This document shows positions 34,964-44,028 of a DNA stretch of 64,000 nucleotides, in pieces; positions within the stretch are counted from its first letter, which is position 1, and each line of letters opens with the position of its first letter. Source of the DNA: Actinomycetota bacterium (GTDB lineage Bacteria > Actinomycetota > Thermoleophilia > Gaiellales > Gaiellaceae); NCBI GenBank assembly GCA_005885125.1, contig VAXU01000026.1, forward strand, positions 1,532 to 65,531, read 5' to 3'. The position numbers and the translations under genes are program-made. The notes beneath the pieces are model-generated. The model ran no database searches and was not told the origin of the DNA. It saw only the letters and a list, made by a program, of their open reading frames with translations.

Positions 34964-36454
34964 ATGCGAGGCGCAATCGCTGCCGGCCACCCGCTTACCG
35001 CCGAGGCGGGAGCAAGGGTGCTCCGCGAGGGTGGGAACGCGGTCGACGCGGCCGTGGGCGCGGCCCTCGTCTCCTGGGTAGCTGAGAGTACCCTGACCGG
35101 CCCCGGGGCGGGCGGCTTCATGCTCGTCCACCGGGCGCGCGACCGCTCCACGCGGGTGTTGGACTTCTTCGTCGCCATGCCCGGTCTGGGCCTTCGGGGC
35201 CCGGCCCTGCGGGAGATGGAGGAGGTGGACGTCGACTTTTCCGGTGGGTCGACCCAGATGTGCCGGATCGGCGCCGCGTCGTGCGCCGTCCCGGGGGCGG
35301 CGCTCGGCCTCGAGGAGGCGCACGGCGCGTACGGGACGCTGCCGTGGGCAGAGCTCTTCACGCCGGCGATCGAGCTCGCGCGCGCCGGCGTCGAGCTGAC
35401 GCGAGGGCAGGCGTACCTGCACGCGATCCTCGATCTGATCCTGCGCCATACGCCCGAGAGCCGTGCGGTCTACGAGCTCGACGGCGAGCGGCTCGTCGCG
35501 GGCGACACGCTCGTTCAAAAGGATCTTGCGCGGACACTCGAGCTGCTTGCCGAGCGGGGCGCGAAGGAGCTGTACAGCGGCGAGCTCGCGCGCGCGCTCG
35601 TCGACCACGTCCGTGCGAGCGACGGTTCCATCACTCGGCGTGACCTGAAGGAGTACCGGGTCGTCCGCCGCCGTCCGGTGGCGACCGAGTTCCGCGGTCA
35701 CGAGTACCTGTCGAACCCGCCGCCGAGCGCCGGCGGGATCCTGATCGCATTCGGACTCGGGCTTCTCGACGACGCCGGCGGGCCGGGCAGCGCCGAGGCG
35801 ATCGACGCGCTGGCCCGCGTGATGCGCGAGCAGACGCATGCGCGGGAAGAGAACTTCGACCGCGCGCTGCGGCGGGGCGGCCTCGCGAAGCTGCTCGAGG
35901 AGCGTGCCGTCGTCGTTCGCGGCACGACCCACATCTCCGTCGTCGACGAGCGCGGGAATGCAGTTGCGCTGACGGCGTCCACCGGAGCAGGCTCGGGGAT
36001 CGTCGTCCCGGGCACCGGCATCCATCTGAACAACATGCTCGGCGAGTTCGACCTGCCGAAGCCGCCGCGCGCGGGTGAACGGCTGTCGTCGGGGATGAGC
36101 CCGTCGCTCGTGCTGCACGATGGCCGCCCGCGACTCGTCGTCGGGAGCGCCGGCTCGCTGCGCCTTCGCGGTGCGGTGATGCAGATCGTCGTCAATGTCG
36201 TGCAGCACGGGCTCGGCGTGGGTGACGCGATCGGGCGGCCGCGCGTGCATCTCGAGGGCGAGCATCTTCATTGCGAGGGCGGGCACGATCCCGCAGAGCT
36301 CGACAAGCTGGAGGCGATGGGGTGGGACGTGACGCGCTGGCGCCGGCAGAACCTCTACTTCGGCGGCGCTGCAGCGGTTGAGAGGACGGATGAGGGGACG
36401 CTCGCCGCGGCCGGCGATCCGCGGCGCGGCGGTGCGGGCGTGGTCGTGCGGTGA
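34964..36454 (+). CDS. ggt: Gamma-glutamyltransferase
   Basis: GHPLTAEAGARVLREGGNAVDAAV, autoprocessing/catalytic GTTHISVVD, SSGMSPS. Confidence 0.88.
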   Translation: MRGAIAAGHPLTAEAGARVLREGGNAVDAAVGAALVSWVAESTLTGPGAGGFMLVHRARDRSTRVLDFFVAMPGLGLRGPALREMEEVDVDFSGGSTQMCRIGAASCAVPGAALGLEEAHGAYGTLPWAELFTPAIELARAGVELTRGQAYLHAILDLILRHTPESRAVYELDGERLVAGDTLVQKDLARTLELLAERGAKELYSGELARALVDHVRASDGSITRRDLKEYRVVRRRPVATEFRGHEYLSNPPPSAGGILIAFGLGLLDDAGGPGSAEAIDALARVMREQTHAREENFDRALRRGGLAKLLEERAVVVRGTTHISVVDERGNAVALTASTGAGSGIVVPGTGIHLNNMLGEFDLPKPPRAGERLSSGMSPSLVLHDGRPRLVVGSAGSLRLRGAVMQIVVNVVQHGLGVGDAIGRPRVHLEGEHLHCEGGHDPAELDKLEAMGWDVTRWRRQNLYFGGAAAVERTDEGTLAAAGDPRRGGAGVVVR

Positions 36455-36954
36455 CATTCGTTGTCCGTCCAGCCGATCCGGGCGACGCGCAGGAGCTGAA
36501 GCGGCTCGGCGACGAGGTCGCTGCCGAGCCCGAGGGGTGGCTCGCCACGCAGGACGGGTGGCGCAGCGTCGGCGACGAGCGCCGCTATCTGCGCGCGATC
36601 CGGCGGTACCCGCACGCAGCGGTGTTCGTAGCGGAGGCAGAGGATGGAACGATCGTCGGCCGGCTGTCGATCGCGCGTGACCAGCATCCCGCGAGCCGCC
36701 ACGTTGCGGATCTCGGCCTGATGGTCGCGCAGTCCCACCGGCGGCGGGGGATCGGCCGCGCCCTGCTCGCCGCCGCCGCGGACTGGGCGCGCGAGAACGA
36801 CGTCCGCAAGCTCGAGCTGCACGTGTTCCCGTACAACCAAGCGGCGATCGCGCTGTACCAGCGCTTCGGCTTCGTCCAGGAGGGCTATCGCAAGCAGCAC
36901 TACCGGCAGGGCAACGCGTACGTCGACGCCCTCCTGATGGCGTACGAGCTCTAA
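36451..36954 (+). CDS. GNAT-family N-acetyltransferase
   Basis: RRRGIGRALL acetyl-CoA motif. GTGA overlap with the ggt stop. Confidence 0.85.
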   Translation: MTFVVRPADPGDAQELKRLGDEVAAEPEGWLATQDGWRSVGDERRYLRAIRRYPHAAVFVAEAEDGTIVGRLSIARDQHPASRHVADLGLMVAQSHRRRGIGRALLAAAADWARENDVRKLELHVFPYNQAAIALYQRFGFVQEGYRKQHYRQGNAYVDALLMAYEL

Positions 36955-36973
36955 GAGTCACACGCGCGCGCGC

Positions 36974-36989
36974 CCCCACCCGGGTGGGG
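36974..36989. terminator. Palindrome CCCCACCCGGGTGGGG between convergent genes
   Basis: Perfect 16-nt palindrome 20 nt after the GNAT stop. No U-tract. Confidence 0.4.
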
Positions 36990-37136
36990 ACATCGCCCAC
37001 CACCCTCAACGTCGATCGTACCGGGGAAGTGCGCACGCGTCTGGGCCGGATCGGGAACAGCTCTGTGACGCGTTGCGAGCCTCTCCGCGCGGCTATGCAT
37101 CGCGAACACCGGCGCGCCGCGTAAACCGAATGCGAC

Positions 37137-38210
37137 CTAGCCTGCGTGCTCGGCCGCTTCGGCCTGCAGACGGACGTCCTGCGCCCGAATGCGCCGGCCC
37201 CACTCGACGAGCTCCGCTTCGGCGTTCGTCAGCTGCCGGTCGCGATCGTCAAGCTGGGCTTCACGCTCGTCCAGCCCCTGTTCGCGGAGCAAGATCTGCT
37301 TCGCCTCTCGCTCGCGCTCCAGCAGAACCTGCTCCTGCTCTCCGAGCCCGGCGATCGCCGACTCGACCCAGGCGGCGCGTTCGTCGAGTTGCGCGGCCAG
37401 CTGATCGAGCTCGTCGCGCCGCTGGCGCAATGACTGCTCCCGCTTGCCGAACGACACAGCTCGTGCCTCCGCCTCACGGACGTCGCGGGTGCGGTGGGAG
37501 AGCTGCGTCTCGGTGACCGCGGTCTTCGCCGCCCGCCGATTCAAACGCTCCTCCGACGCGCGCAGACGCGCCTTCTGCTCCTCGAGCGCAAGCTCGAGCT
37601 CCGTGGCTTGGACTTCGCGCCGCGTGACTGCGTCGACCTGCTCCTGGAGCTCGCGTTCGCTTCGCTCGACTACCTTGCGCCGGCCCTCGACGTCCTCGAG
37701 CGCCGCCGCGCGCTTGTCGAGCTCCGACATGAATGCCTTTTGGATCCGCCCCTCCGACGCAGTCTCGGCCAGCCGCCGAGCAAGCTCGTCCGCACGTTCT
37801 TCCAGGTCCCCGACCTGGCGCTCACGGTCCGCCAGCGCTGCCTCGGCTGATGTGAGCCACTCGCCCCGCTCGTCGAGCTCCGCCTGCAGCTCCGCGAGCT
37901 GCCGCGCTTGCTGCTCGACCGCGCGCTCCTCCGCGCGAAGCCGCTCCAGTCGCACCTCTCCTTCGCGCACCGCGCTCTCGCGGCCCCGCAGCGCCGCCTC
38001 CGCAGTCTCGATCCGCTCGGCGCGCCCGTCGAGCTTTCCCTCCTCCCGCGCGAGATCGTCGGCCCGCTCGCGGAGCTCCTCGGACAGCTCTCCGAGCCGC
38101 GCCGCCCGCTCGTCGAGCTGAGCCGTCCGTCGGTTGACCGTCTCGTTCAGCCGCCGCTCCCGCTCGGCGAGTGCGGCCAAGGCCTCCGCGACGTCCGGCT
38201 GCATGTTCAT
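37137..38210 (-). CDS. Long coiled-coil protein (cytoskeletal/scaffold-like), no family assigned
   Basis: About 357 aa, almost entirely E/R/A/L/Q heptad-like repeats (..ELRERADDLAREEGKLDGRAERIETAEAALRGRE..). ATG 38210 chosen; alternatives are ATG 38204 and TTG 38255. Confidence 0.75.
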   Translation of the reverse strand: MNMQPDVAEALAALAERERRLNETVNRRTAQLDERAARLGELSEELRERADDLAREEGKLDGRAERIETAEAALRGRESAVREGEVRLERLRAEERAVEQQARQLAELQAELDERGEWLTSAEAALADRERQVGDLEERADELARRLAETASEGRIQKAFMSELDKRAAALEDVEGRRKVVERSERELQEQVDAVTRREVQATELELALEEQKARLRASEERLNRRAAKTAVTETQLSHRTRDVREAEARAVSFGKREQSLRQRRDELDQLAAQLDERAAWVESAIAGLGEQEQVLLEREREAKQILLREQGLDEREAQLDDRDRQLTNAEAELVEWGRRIRAQDVRLQAEAAEHAG

Positions 38211-38340
38211 GGGAGAAGTCTCACGGCCCGGGAAGACGGCGCGTTCGCCGCCCAAGTTCCATGTTGGACGCGCCGGGGACGCTTTCCTCCACGGGTCGGG
38301 CGCGGCGCAAGTTTACGAGTTGAAACGCGTCTCCTTAAGC

Positions 38341-38961
38341 ATGAGACGGCTCATTGCGGCAGCCGTCCTGGCTCTCGGCTTGGCTGCGACGGCCACGGCG
38401 GGAACACCGGCCACGGCCCAGAACCTGGGCTGCGGCGCCGGGACGCTCGTACTGAACGTCCACTACCTCGTTCAGAGCGACGTGGACACGGGCACCCGCG
38501 GCAACAACTGGGCCTTCGACACGTACAACCGCACGGTCCGGGTGTGGCGGAAGGCGCCGGGGCGGTTCTGCGCGGCATCGACCTACGCGGGCCAGTTCGC
38601 GACGATCGCGGGCGCGAGCCCCGGCGGCAAGACCTCGATCCCGGCGGGTATCCGCGGGACGATGACAGGCCAGTCGACGACCACCTTCCGGGGAACGCAG
38701 AAGCTGCATCTGACGACGCGCGGCGACCTCGGGACGAAGGACTTCCAGTGCACGAGCGCCGACACGAAAGGCCAGTGCGCCGGGACGTACGACTGGCTGA
38801 GCGCATACTTCACGAGCACGGACAACTTCGGAAGCTTCAAGTACGTGCGCTACGAGTTCACCTATCACGCCACGGATGCCGGCAAGGGCACGTGGACGGA
38901 CAAGCTCGTGGGCGGCAAGTACCTCAGCGCAGGCGACATTCGCCCGCTGAAAAAGAAGTAA
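38341..38961 (+). CDS. Secreted hypothetical protein
   Basis: ATG 38341. Signal peptide MRRLIAAAVLALGLAATATAGTPATA, four Cys, Thr/Gly-rich beta-like sequence. Confidence 0.7.
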   Translation: MRRLIAAAVLALGLAATATAGTPATAQNLGCGAGTLVLNVHYLVQSDVDTGTRGNNWAFDTYNRTVRVWRKAPGRFCAASTYAGQFATIAGASPGGKTSIPAGIRGTMTGQSTTTFRGTQKLHLTTRGDLGTKDFQCTSADTKGQCAGTYDWLSAYFTSTDNFGSFKYVRYEFTYHATDAGKGTWTDKLVGGKYLSAGDIRPLKKK

Positions 38962-38983
38962 GGGACGACCAGAGGGGGGCATA

Positions 38984-39014
38984 AGAGGGTCTGACCTTCC
39001 GGGTCAGACCCTCT
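38984..39014. terminator. Hairpin AGAGGGTCTGACC-TTCCG-GGTCAGACCCTCT (repeat family 1, arm-swapped variant)
   Basis: Perfect 13-bp stem 23 nt after the stop at 38961, followed by TCTTTGG. Confidence 0.6.
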
Positions 39015-39069
39015 TCTTTGGTGCCGAACCGACACAGACGCGTCACACGCCGCGCCGTTCAATGACCGG

Positions 39070-39267
39070 GTGGCATCGCCGACCGTCCGTCAGATCTACG
39101 CGCTCGCCGCAGCGCTGTGCGAGCGAATGGGGGAGGAGTTCCCGGAGACGCGAGAGGGAGCATCGGAAACGATCGAACGACTGCGTATGGAGAACGGCCA
39201 TCCAGCGCCGCGACTCGAAGACACTCCGTCCCGCCCGCGTGGAAAGAGACGACGTCGCGAGGACTGA
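39070..39267 (+). CDS. Small hypothetical protein (65 aa)
   Basis: ORF with a helical N-terminal half (VRQIYALAAALCERMGEEF) and a basic tail. Weak support only. Confidence 0.35.
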   Translation: MASPTVRQIYALAAALCERMGEEFPETREGASETIERLRMENGHPAPRLEDTPSRPRGKRRRRED

Positions 39268-39275
39268 CGGTCGAC

Positions 39276-40136
39276 CTACCGCGACTGCAAGATCCGCGCG
39301 AGAACCGCCGAGTAGTCCCGGTCGCCCGAGCCGGCGTCATCCGCATCTCTGAACCAGGACCGCGCCGCCTCGACGACGCGCAGATCGATTCCCGCCGCTG
39401 CGGCTGCCGCTGCGATCAGGTCCGCGTCCTTTCGCGCGAGCGAGAGCGCGAAGCGCGGTGGGTACTCGCCCGTCTCGATTGCTTCACGCCGTTGCTCCGC
39501 CTGCGTGCCCAGAGACGTCGTGGACAGAACTGCGAACGTCGCGTCGCGCGACAGGCCCAGAGCTTGCGCGAGGCCGATTGCTTCGCCGAGGACGGTGACC
39601 GTTCCGATGAGCGTCGTGTTCGCAACGAGCTTGGCCGCCGCACCGGCGCCGAGCGGACCCACGTGAGTTGGAGAACCGAGCTCGGACAGGAGTGGGGTCC
39701 ACCGTTCGACCAAGGAGTCCGGACCGCCGACGAAGACGTGCAGCGTCCCGGACTCGGCCTCGAGCACGCTCCCGAGCACCGGCGCGTCGAGGAAACCTGT
39801 CCCCTCCGGCACGACGGACGCGAGTCGCGACACGGCCGCCGGCCCGACGGTGGACATGTCGATGATCGTCGTCGAGCCGTCCACGCCCGCGACGACGCCG
39901 TTCGGCCCTTCGGTCACGTCTTGCAGCGCCTGAGGGTTCGCGACCATCGTGATCGCGACCTCGGCCCGGCGGGCAGCGTCGGCAGGGCTCGCCGCCAGAG
40001 CCGCCCCGAGCTCGACGAGCTCAGCAGCTTTCGCGGCAGTCCTGTTCCAGACGATCAGCTCGTGGCCCGCGTCGAGGAGACGGCGAGCGATGCGACTTCC
40101 CATCGCTCCGAGCCCAACGACGGCGACCGCGCTCAC
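39276..40136 (-). CDS. NAD(P)-dependent oxidoreductase, 3-hydroxyisobutyrate/6-phosphogluconate dehydrogenase-like
   Basis: GTG 40136 gives VSAVAVVGLGAMGSRIARRLLDAGHELIVWNRT (Rossmann). The longer track start would overlap the upstream gene. Confidence 0.8.
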   Translation of the reverse strand: MSAVAVVGLGAMGSRIARRLLDAGHELIVWNRTAAKAAELVELGAALAASPADAARRAEVAITMVANPQALQDVTEGPNGVVAGVDGSTTIIDMSTVGPAAVSRLASVVPEGTGFLDAPVLGSVLEAESGTLHVFVGGPDSLVERWTPLLSELGSPTHVGPLGAGAAAKLVANTTLIGTVTVLGEAIGLAQALGLSRDATFAVLSTTSLGTQAEQRREAIETGEYPPRFALSLARKDADLIAAAAAAAGIDLRVVEAARSWFRDADDAGSGDRDYSAVLARILQSR

Positions 40137-40188
40137 CGCGCCATCTTGACGTGGCGCGGCGCGCGCGGTCGCACACGATCGCTCGCCG

Positions 40189-40683
40189 CTAGACCGGCTG
40201 GCCGACGCGCTGCGCGAGCTTCTTCGTCGCATCGCGCGCCTTCTTCAGCGTCGCCTGCTCCTGCTCCAGGTTCTCCTGGAACAAAGCGACGATGTCCTCT
40301 TCGCCCATCCCCTCGGCGTGCGTGATCAGCACGTCGTAGACGGCGATCTCGTGCGCCTCGGTCTCGATGACGCCGGCGAGGATGACCGCGTCGTTGAGCG
40401 AGTCGTCGACGTCCTTCAGGTTCTGCTCGCCCTCTCGCTCGAGCCCCTCGATCGTCGCGGTGGGCTGCGACTCGGGCTCGACCCCGAGTGCCGCGAAGGC
40501 CCGCTCCAGGTTGTGAACCTGCTGTTGGGTCTCGCGAAGGTGCTGGCGGAGGTTCTGCTTGAGCTGCGGATCTTTCGCCTTCTCCGCAATCTCTTCGAGC
40601 ATCCGGAGGATGGTCTCCTCCATCGTCAGCGCAGCGCCCAGCTTGTGGACGAATAGCTCGCGCGGACTCTCGATCTTGGCCAT
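40189..40683 (-). CDS. Ferritin-like DUF892 (YciE/YciF) family protein
   Basis: FVHKLGAALTMEETILRMLEEI...ETEAHEIAVYDVLI pattern. Confidence 0.8.
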   Translation of the reverse strand: MAKIESPRELFVHKLGAALTMEETILRMLEEIAEKAKDPQLKQNLRQHLRETQQQVHNLERAFAALGVEPESQPTATIEGLEREGEQNLKDVDDSLNDAVILAGVIETEAHEIAVYDVLITHAEGMGEEDIVALFQENLEQEQATLKKARDATKKLAQRVGQPV

Positions 40684-40749
40684 CTGACCCCTTTCAGTCG
40701 GTTCCGTTCGGGCTACCCCGGCGGGACCGATGCAAACGCCGAGAATTCG

Positions 40750-41193
40750 CTACGAGCGATCAATGCGTTCGGGCCCTGGGGTGGTTGGCTGGGTAGCCGA
40801 GGCCGTCCACTCGCGCGCCTCGGTCACGTCCACGGCCAGCACGGGGCCGTCGGGCGGCTCGTCGCGGTACTGCGGATACTTCTCTTGCAGCAGCCCGAGC
40901 GCGCGTTCCCGTTCTTCGCCGTCGTCGAGCACGCGCGCGCGGCCGCGGACGCGAATCCACCAGAGGCGGCTCCATTCGTCCTCGTAGTGGTCGACGAGGA
41001 TCGTGACGTCCGGCCGCGCACGCGCGTTCTCGATTCGCCGCAACGTCTGCGAGCGCTTCGGTTTCCGGTCGACCGCCGAGTAGAGGGTGTTGCCGTCGAG
41101 CGCGAACACGATCGGAACGAGATGCGGCCGCCCGTCCGGATCGACGGTCGCCAGCCTCGCCACGCGCGCCGCGGTTAGTCTCGCGTCGTGCAT
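40750..41193 (-). CDS. PPOX-class F420-dependent oxidoreductase (pyridoxamine 5'-phosphate oxidase fold)
   Basis: RVARLATVDPDGRPHLVPIVFALDGNTLYSAVD...WWIRVRGRARVL. Confidence 0.8.
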   Translation of the reverse strand: MHDARLTAARVARLATVDPDGRPHLVPIVFALDGNTLYSAVDRKPKRSQTLRRIENARARPDVTILVDHYEDEWSRLWWIRVRGRARVLDDGEERERALGLLQEKYPQYRDEPPDGPVLAVDVTEAREWTASATQPTTPGPERIDRS

Positions 41194-41855
41194 TTCGGTG
41201 TCATCCTGAGCACATCATCGTCGGCCCCGAGGGCGTCGATCCGTACGGGCGCGTGTATGACCCGCTCGTCACGCTCGGCTGGATCGCCGGCTGGACGGAG
41301 CGGATCGGGCTCGGCACCTCGATCGTGCTCGTGCCGCTGCACAACCCGATGCACCTCGCGAAGCAGGTCGCGACGCTCCAGGAGCTCTCGGGCGGCCGCG
41401 TCACGCTGGGTGTCGGCATGGGCTGGCACAAGGACGAGTTCGACTTCATGGGCGTCGAGTTCGAGGGCCGCGGCCGGCGCGCCGACGAGGCGATCCGGCT
41501 GATGCGCGCGCTCTGGAACGGCGAGAAGGACTTCGATGGACAGTTCTGGTCGTTCCACGACGCGACGTCGGAGCCCCATCCGTCCCCACTGCCGGAAATC
41601 TGGGTCGGCGGCAGCTCGGATCGCGCGGTGCGCCGGGCGCGAGAGCTCGGCGATGCGTGGCATCCCTCGCGGGGCTCCGATGCGGACCATGTGCGGCGAA
41701 TCAAGGAGCAGCACCCGGACCTCCGAGCGATCCCGCGGACATCGCCGGAGAAAGTCGAAGCGATGCTCGACGCGGGTGCCGAAGGTGCGGTGATCCAGTT
41801 CCCGGACGAGGCGGCGATGCGCGACTTCGCGCGTAATCTTCCGCCCGGTCGTTAG
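41188..41855 (+). pseudogene. LLM-class (luciferase-like) F420-dependent oxidoreductase, frameshifted/shortened at the N-terminus
   Basis: GTG 41188 gives MHFGVILS (a typical LLM start), but sense is lost near the CCCC run at 41225-41228. The main body (TERIGLGTSIVLVPLHNPMHLAKQVATLQELSGGRVTLGVGMGW) is in the -1 frame (track ORF 41253). Confidence 0.6.
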
Positions 41856-43121
41856 GAAACGGCGGCGGCAAACGCCGCGAGCGTGCGGCTGACGTCGTCG
41901 TCGGTGGTCGACCAGTTACTCACCGAGATACGGATCGCACGCCGTCCCTGCCAGATCGTCCCGCTCATCCACGCCTCGCCCGACGCCTGGACCGCTGCGA
42001 GCACGGCTTCCGTCTCCTCGTCGCTCCCGAAGCGGAAGAGCACCTGGTTCAGCACCACGTCGTTCAGCACCTCGCACCCGGGGAGAAGCGCCAGTTCCTC
42101 CCCGAACCTGCGAGCGTGGGCGCACCCTTGCTCGACGAGCTTCGCCACGCCGCTGCGCCCGAGCGACCGCAGCGCGGCGTAGACCGGAAACCCGCGAGCG
42201 CGGCGCGAGAACTCGGGATTCCAGTCCAGCTGGTCGCGCGGCCCGTGCTCCTCGGCCTGGATGAGATACGCGGCCTGCGCTCCCATCGCTTTCCTGTGCG
42301 CGTCGGGGTGACGGCAGAAGGCGAGTCCCGATCCCGAAAGCCGCGTCGACGTGGAGCCAAGCGCCGTGTTGCGCGGCAGCGTCAGCAGCCTCGTCGAGCG
42401 CGTCGAACGCGCCGGTATTGACCTCGCCTGCCTGCACGCAGACGATCGTCGGCCCGTCCGTCCGCTCGAGCGCCGAACGCAGCGCTTCCGGAACGATTCG
42501 GCCTTGATCGTCGGCGGGAATCACATCGACGGCTGCCGTGCCAAAGCCGAGGAAGCGGAGCGCACGGTCGATCGTCACATGCCGCTGCGCGCCTGTTACG
42601 ACGGTGATACGCGGAGCACCGAAGAGCCCGTCACGCTCGACGTCCCAGCCGTGCGCGGCGAGGACGTGGTGACGTGCTGCGGCGAGACAGGTCACGTGCG
42701 CCATCTGACAGCCCGTGACGAAGCCGAACGAGACGCCATCAGGGAGCCCGAACAGTTCCCGCATCCACTCGCCCGCGACTTCTTCGACTATGGCCGCAGC
42801 AGGCGCCGGCGCAAACAGTCCTGCGTTCTGATCCCAGGCGGAGGTGAGCCAGTCGGCTGCCAGCGCGGCCGGAAGGCTCCCGCCGAGCACGAAGCCGAAC
42901 CAGCGGCCGCTCGGCATCCCGGCGATTCCGGGGTCGGCCGCGCGCGCGAGCTCCGCGATCACTTCGATCGGGGAGGTTGTTTCCTCGGGAAGCGGCCCGC
43001 CAAGCGCCCGACGGAGCTCGTCCACGTCGAGCGCCGGAAGCACCGGCCGCTGCGGAAGCGACTCGAGGAACTCCGCCGCGATGGAGGACGTGAAGTCCAG
43101 TAACTGGCGCAACTCGCCCAT
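41852..43121 (-). pseudogene. PLP-dependent decarboxylase (group II fold), with out-of-frame internal deletion
   Basis: The N-fragment runs to WLHVDAAFG (about aa 263, track ORF 41916..43121). The C-fragment SGLAFCRHPDAHRKAMGAQAAYLI...NWSTT is in another frame (track ORF 41852..42286). The segment that normally carries the PLP-lysine (HK) is absent. Confidence 0.7.
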
Positions 43122-43167
43122 GATGCGACCCTACCCAGTGGCAATTTTTGGTGACGAGAGGAGGCAG

Positions 43168-44013
43168 ATGGAAAGCGGCGCGCAAACCTGGCACTACGGC
43201 CTGATCGCGAAGTGGTGGTCGGAGTTCAACGACGACTTCCGGCCGCACGAGATCCCGTACTTCCAGAGATACATCGAGCGCGACGGTCAGCCGGCGCTTG
43301 ACGTCGCATGCGGGACCGGCCGCTTGCTCCTTCCGTATCTTCGAGCGGGCCTGGATGTCGACGGCTGCGATGTCTCGGTGGACATGGTTGCGCTCTGTCG
43401 CGAGAAGGCTGAGCGCGAAGGCTTGTCGCCGACGCTCTGGGCGCAGCCGATGCACGAGCTCGATCCGCCGCGGACGTACAGGACGATCTACGTGTGCGGC
43501 GCATTCGGGCTGGGGAGCACGCGCGAGCAGGATCTCGAGGCGCTCCGCCGCTTCCGCGAGCACCTGGAGCCGGGCGGGACGCTGCTCGTCGACATCGAGG
43601 TCCCCTATGCGGACGCCGAGCTGTGGCGGTACTGGCTGAAGGACGAACGCGCGTCGCTTCCGGAAGCCGCGGCCCGGCCGAAGTCGTTGAGGCCGGCGTC
43701 GGACGGAACGGAGCTGGGACTGCGCTCACGGGTTGTCGAGCTCGATCCGCTGGCGCAGCGAGTGACGTACGAGATGCACGCCGAACAGTGGCGCGACGGA
43801 ACGCTCGAGGCCGAAGAGGACCACGTGCTGAACATCGGCCTGTACTTCAGGAACGAGCTACTCCTGATGCTGGAGCGAGCCGGCTTCGCCGACGTCGTCG
43901 TCGAGGGCGACCACAACGACGAGCCGGCGACGAGCGAGGACGACTTCATCGTGTTCGTAGTGAAGAGGCCGGGCGTGACCGAGGACAAGGGTCAGGAAGT
44001 GATCTCAATTTGA
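43168..44013 (+). CDS. Class I SAM-dependent methyltransferase
   Basis: ATG 43168 preceded by GAGAGGAGG. Motif I LDVACGTGRLL. The last 8 codons and the stop lie inside the IS left inverted repeat. Confidence 0.8.
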   Translation: MESGAQTWHYGLIAKWWSEFNDDFRPHEIPYFQRYIERDGQPALDVACGTGRLLLPYLRAGLDVDGCDVSVDMVALCREKAEREGLSPTLWAQPMHELDPPRTYRTIYVCGAFGLGSTREQDLEALRRFREHLEPGGTLLVDIEVPYADAELWRYWLKDERASLPEAAARPKSLRPASDGTELGLRSRVVELDPLAQRVTYEMHAEQWRDGTLEAEEDHVLNIGLYFRNELLLMLERAGFADVVVEGDHNDEPATSEDDFIVFVVKRPGVTEDKGQEVISI

Positions 44014-44028
44014 GCAGGGACCCGGGCG

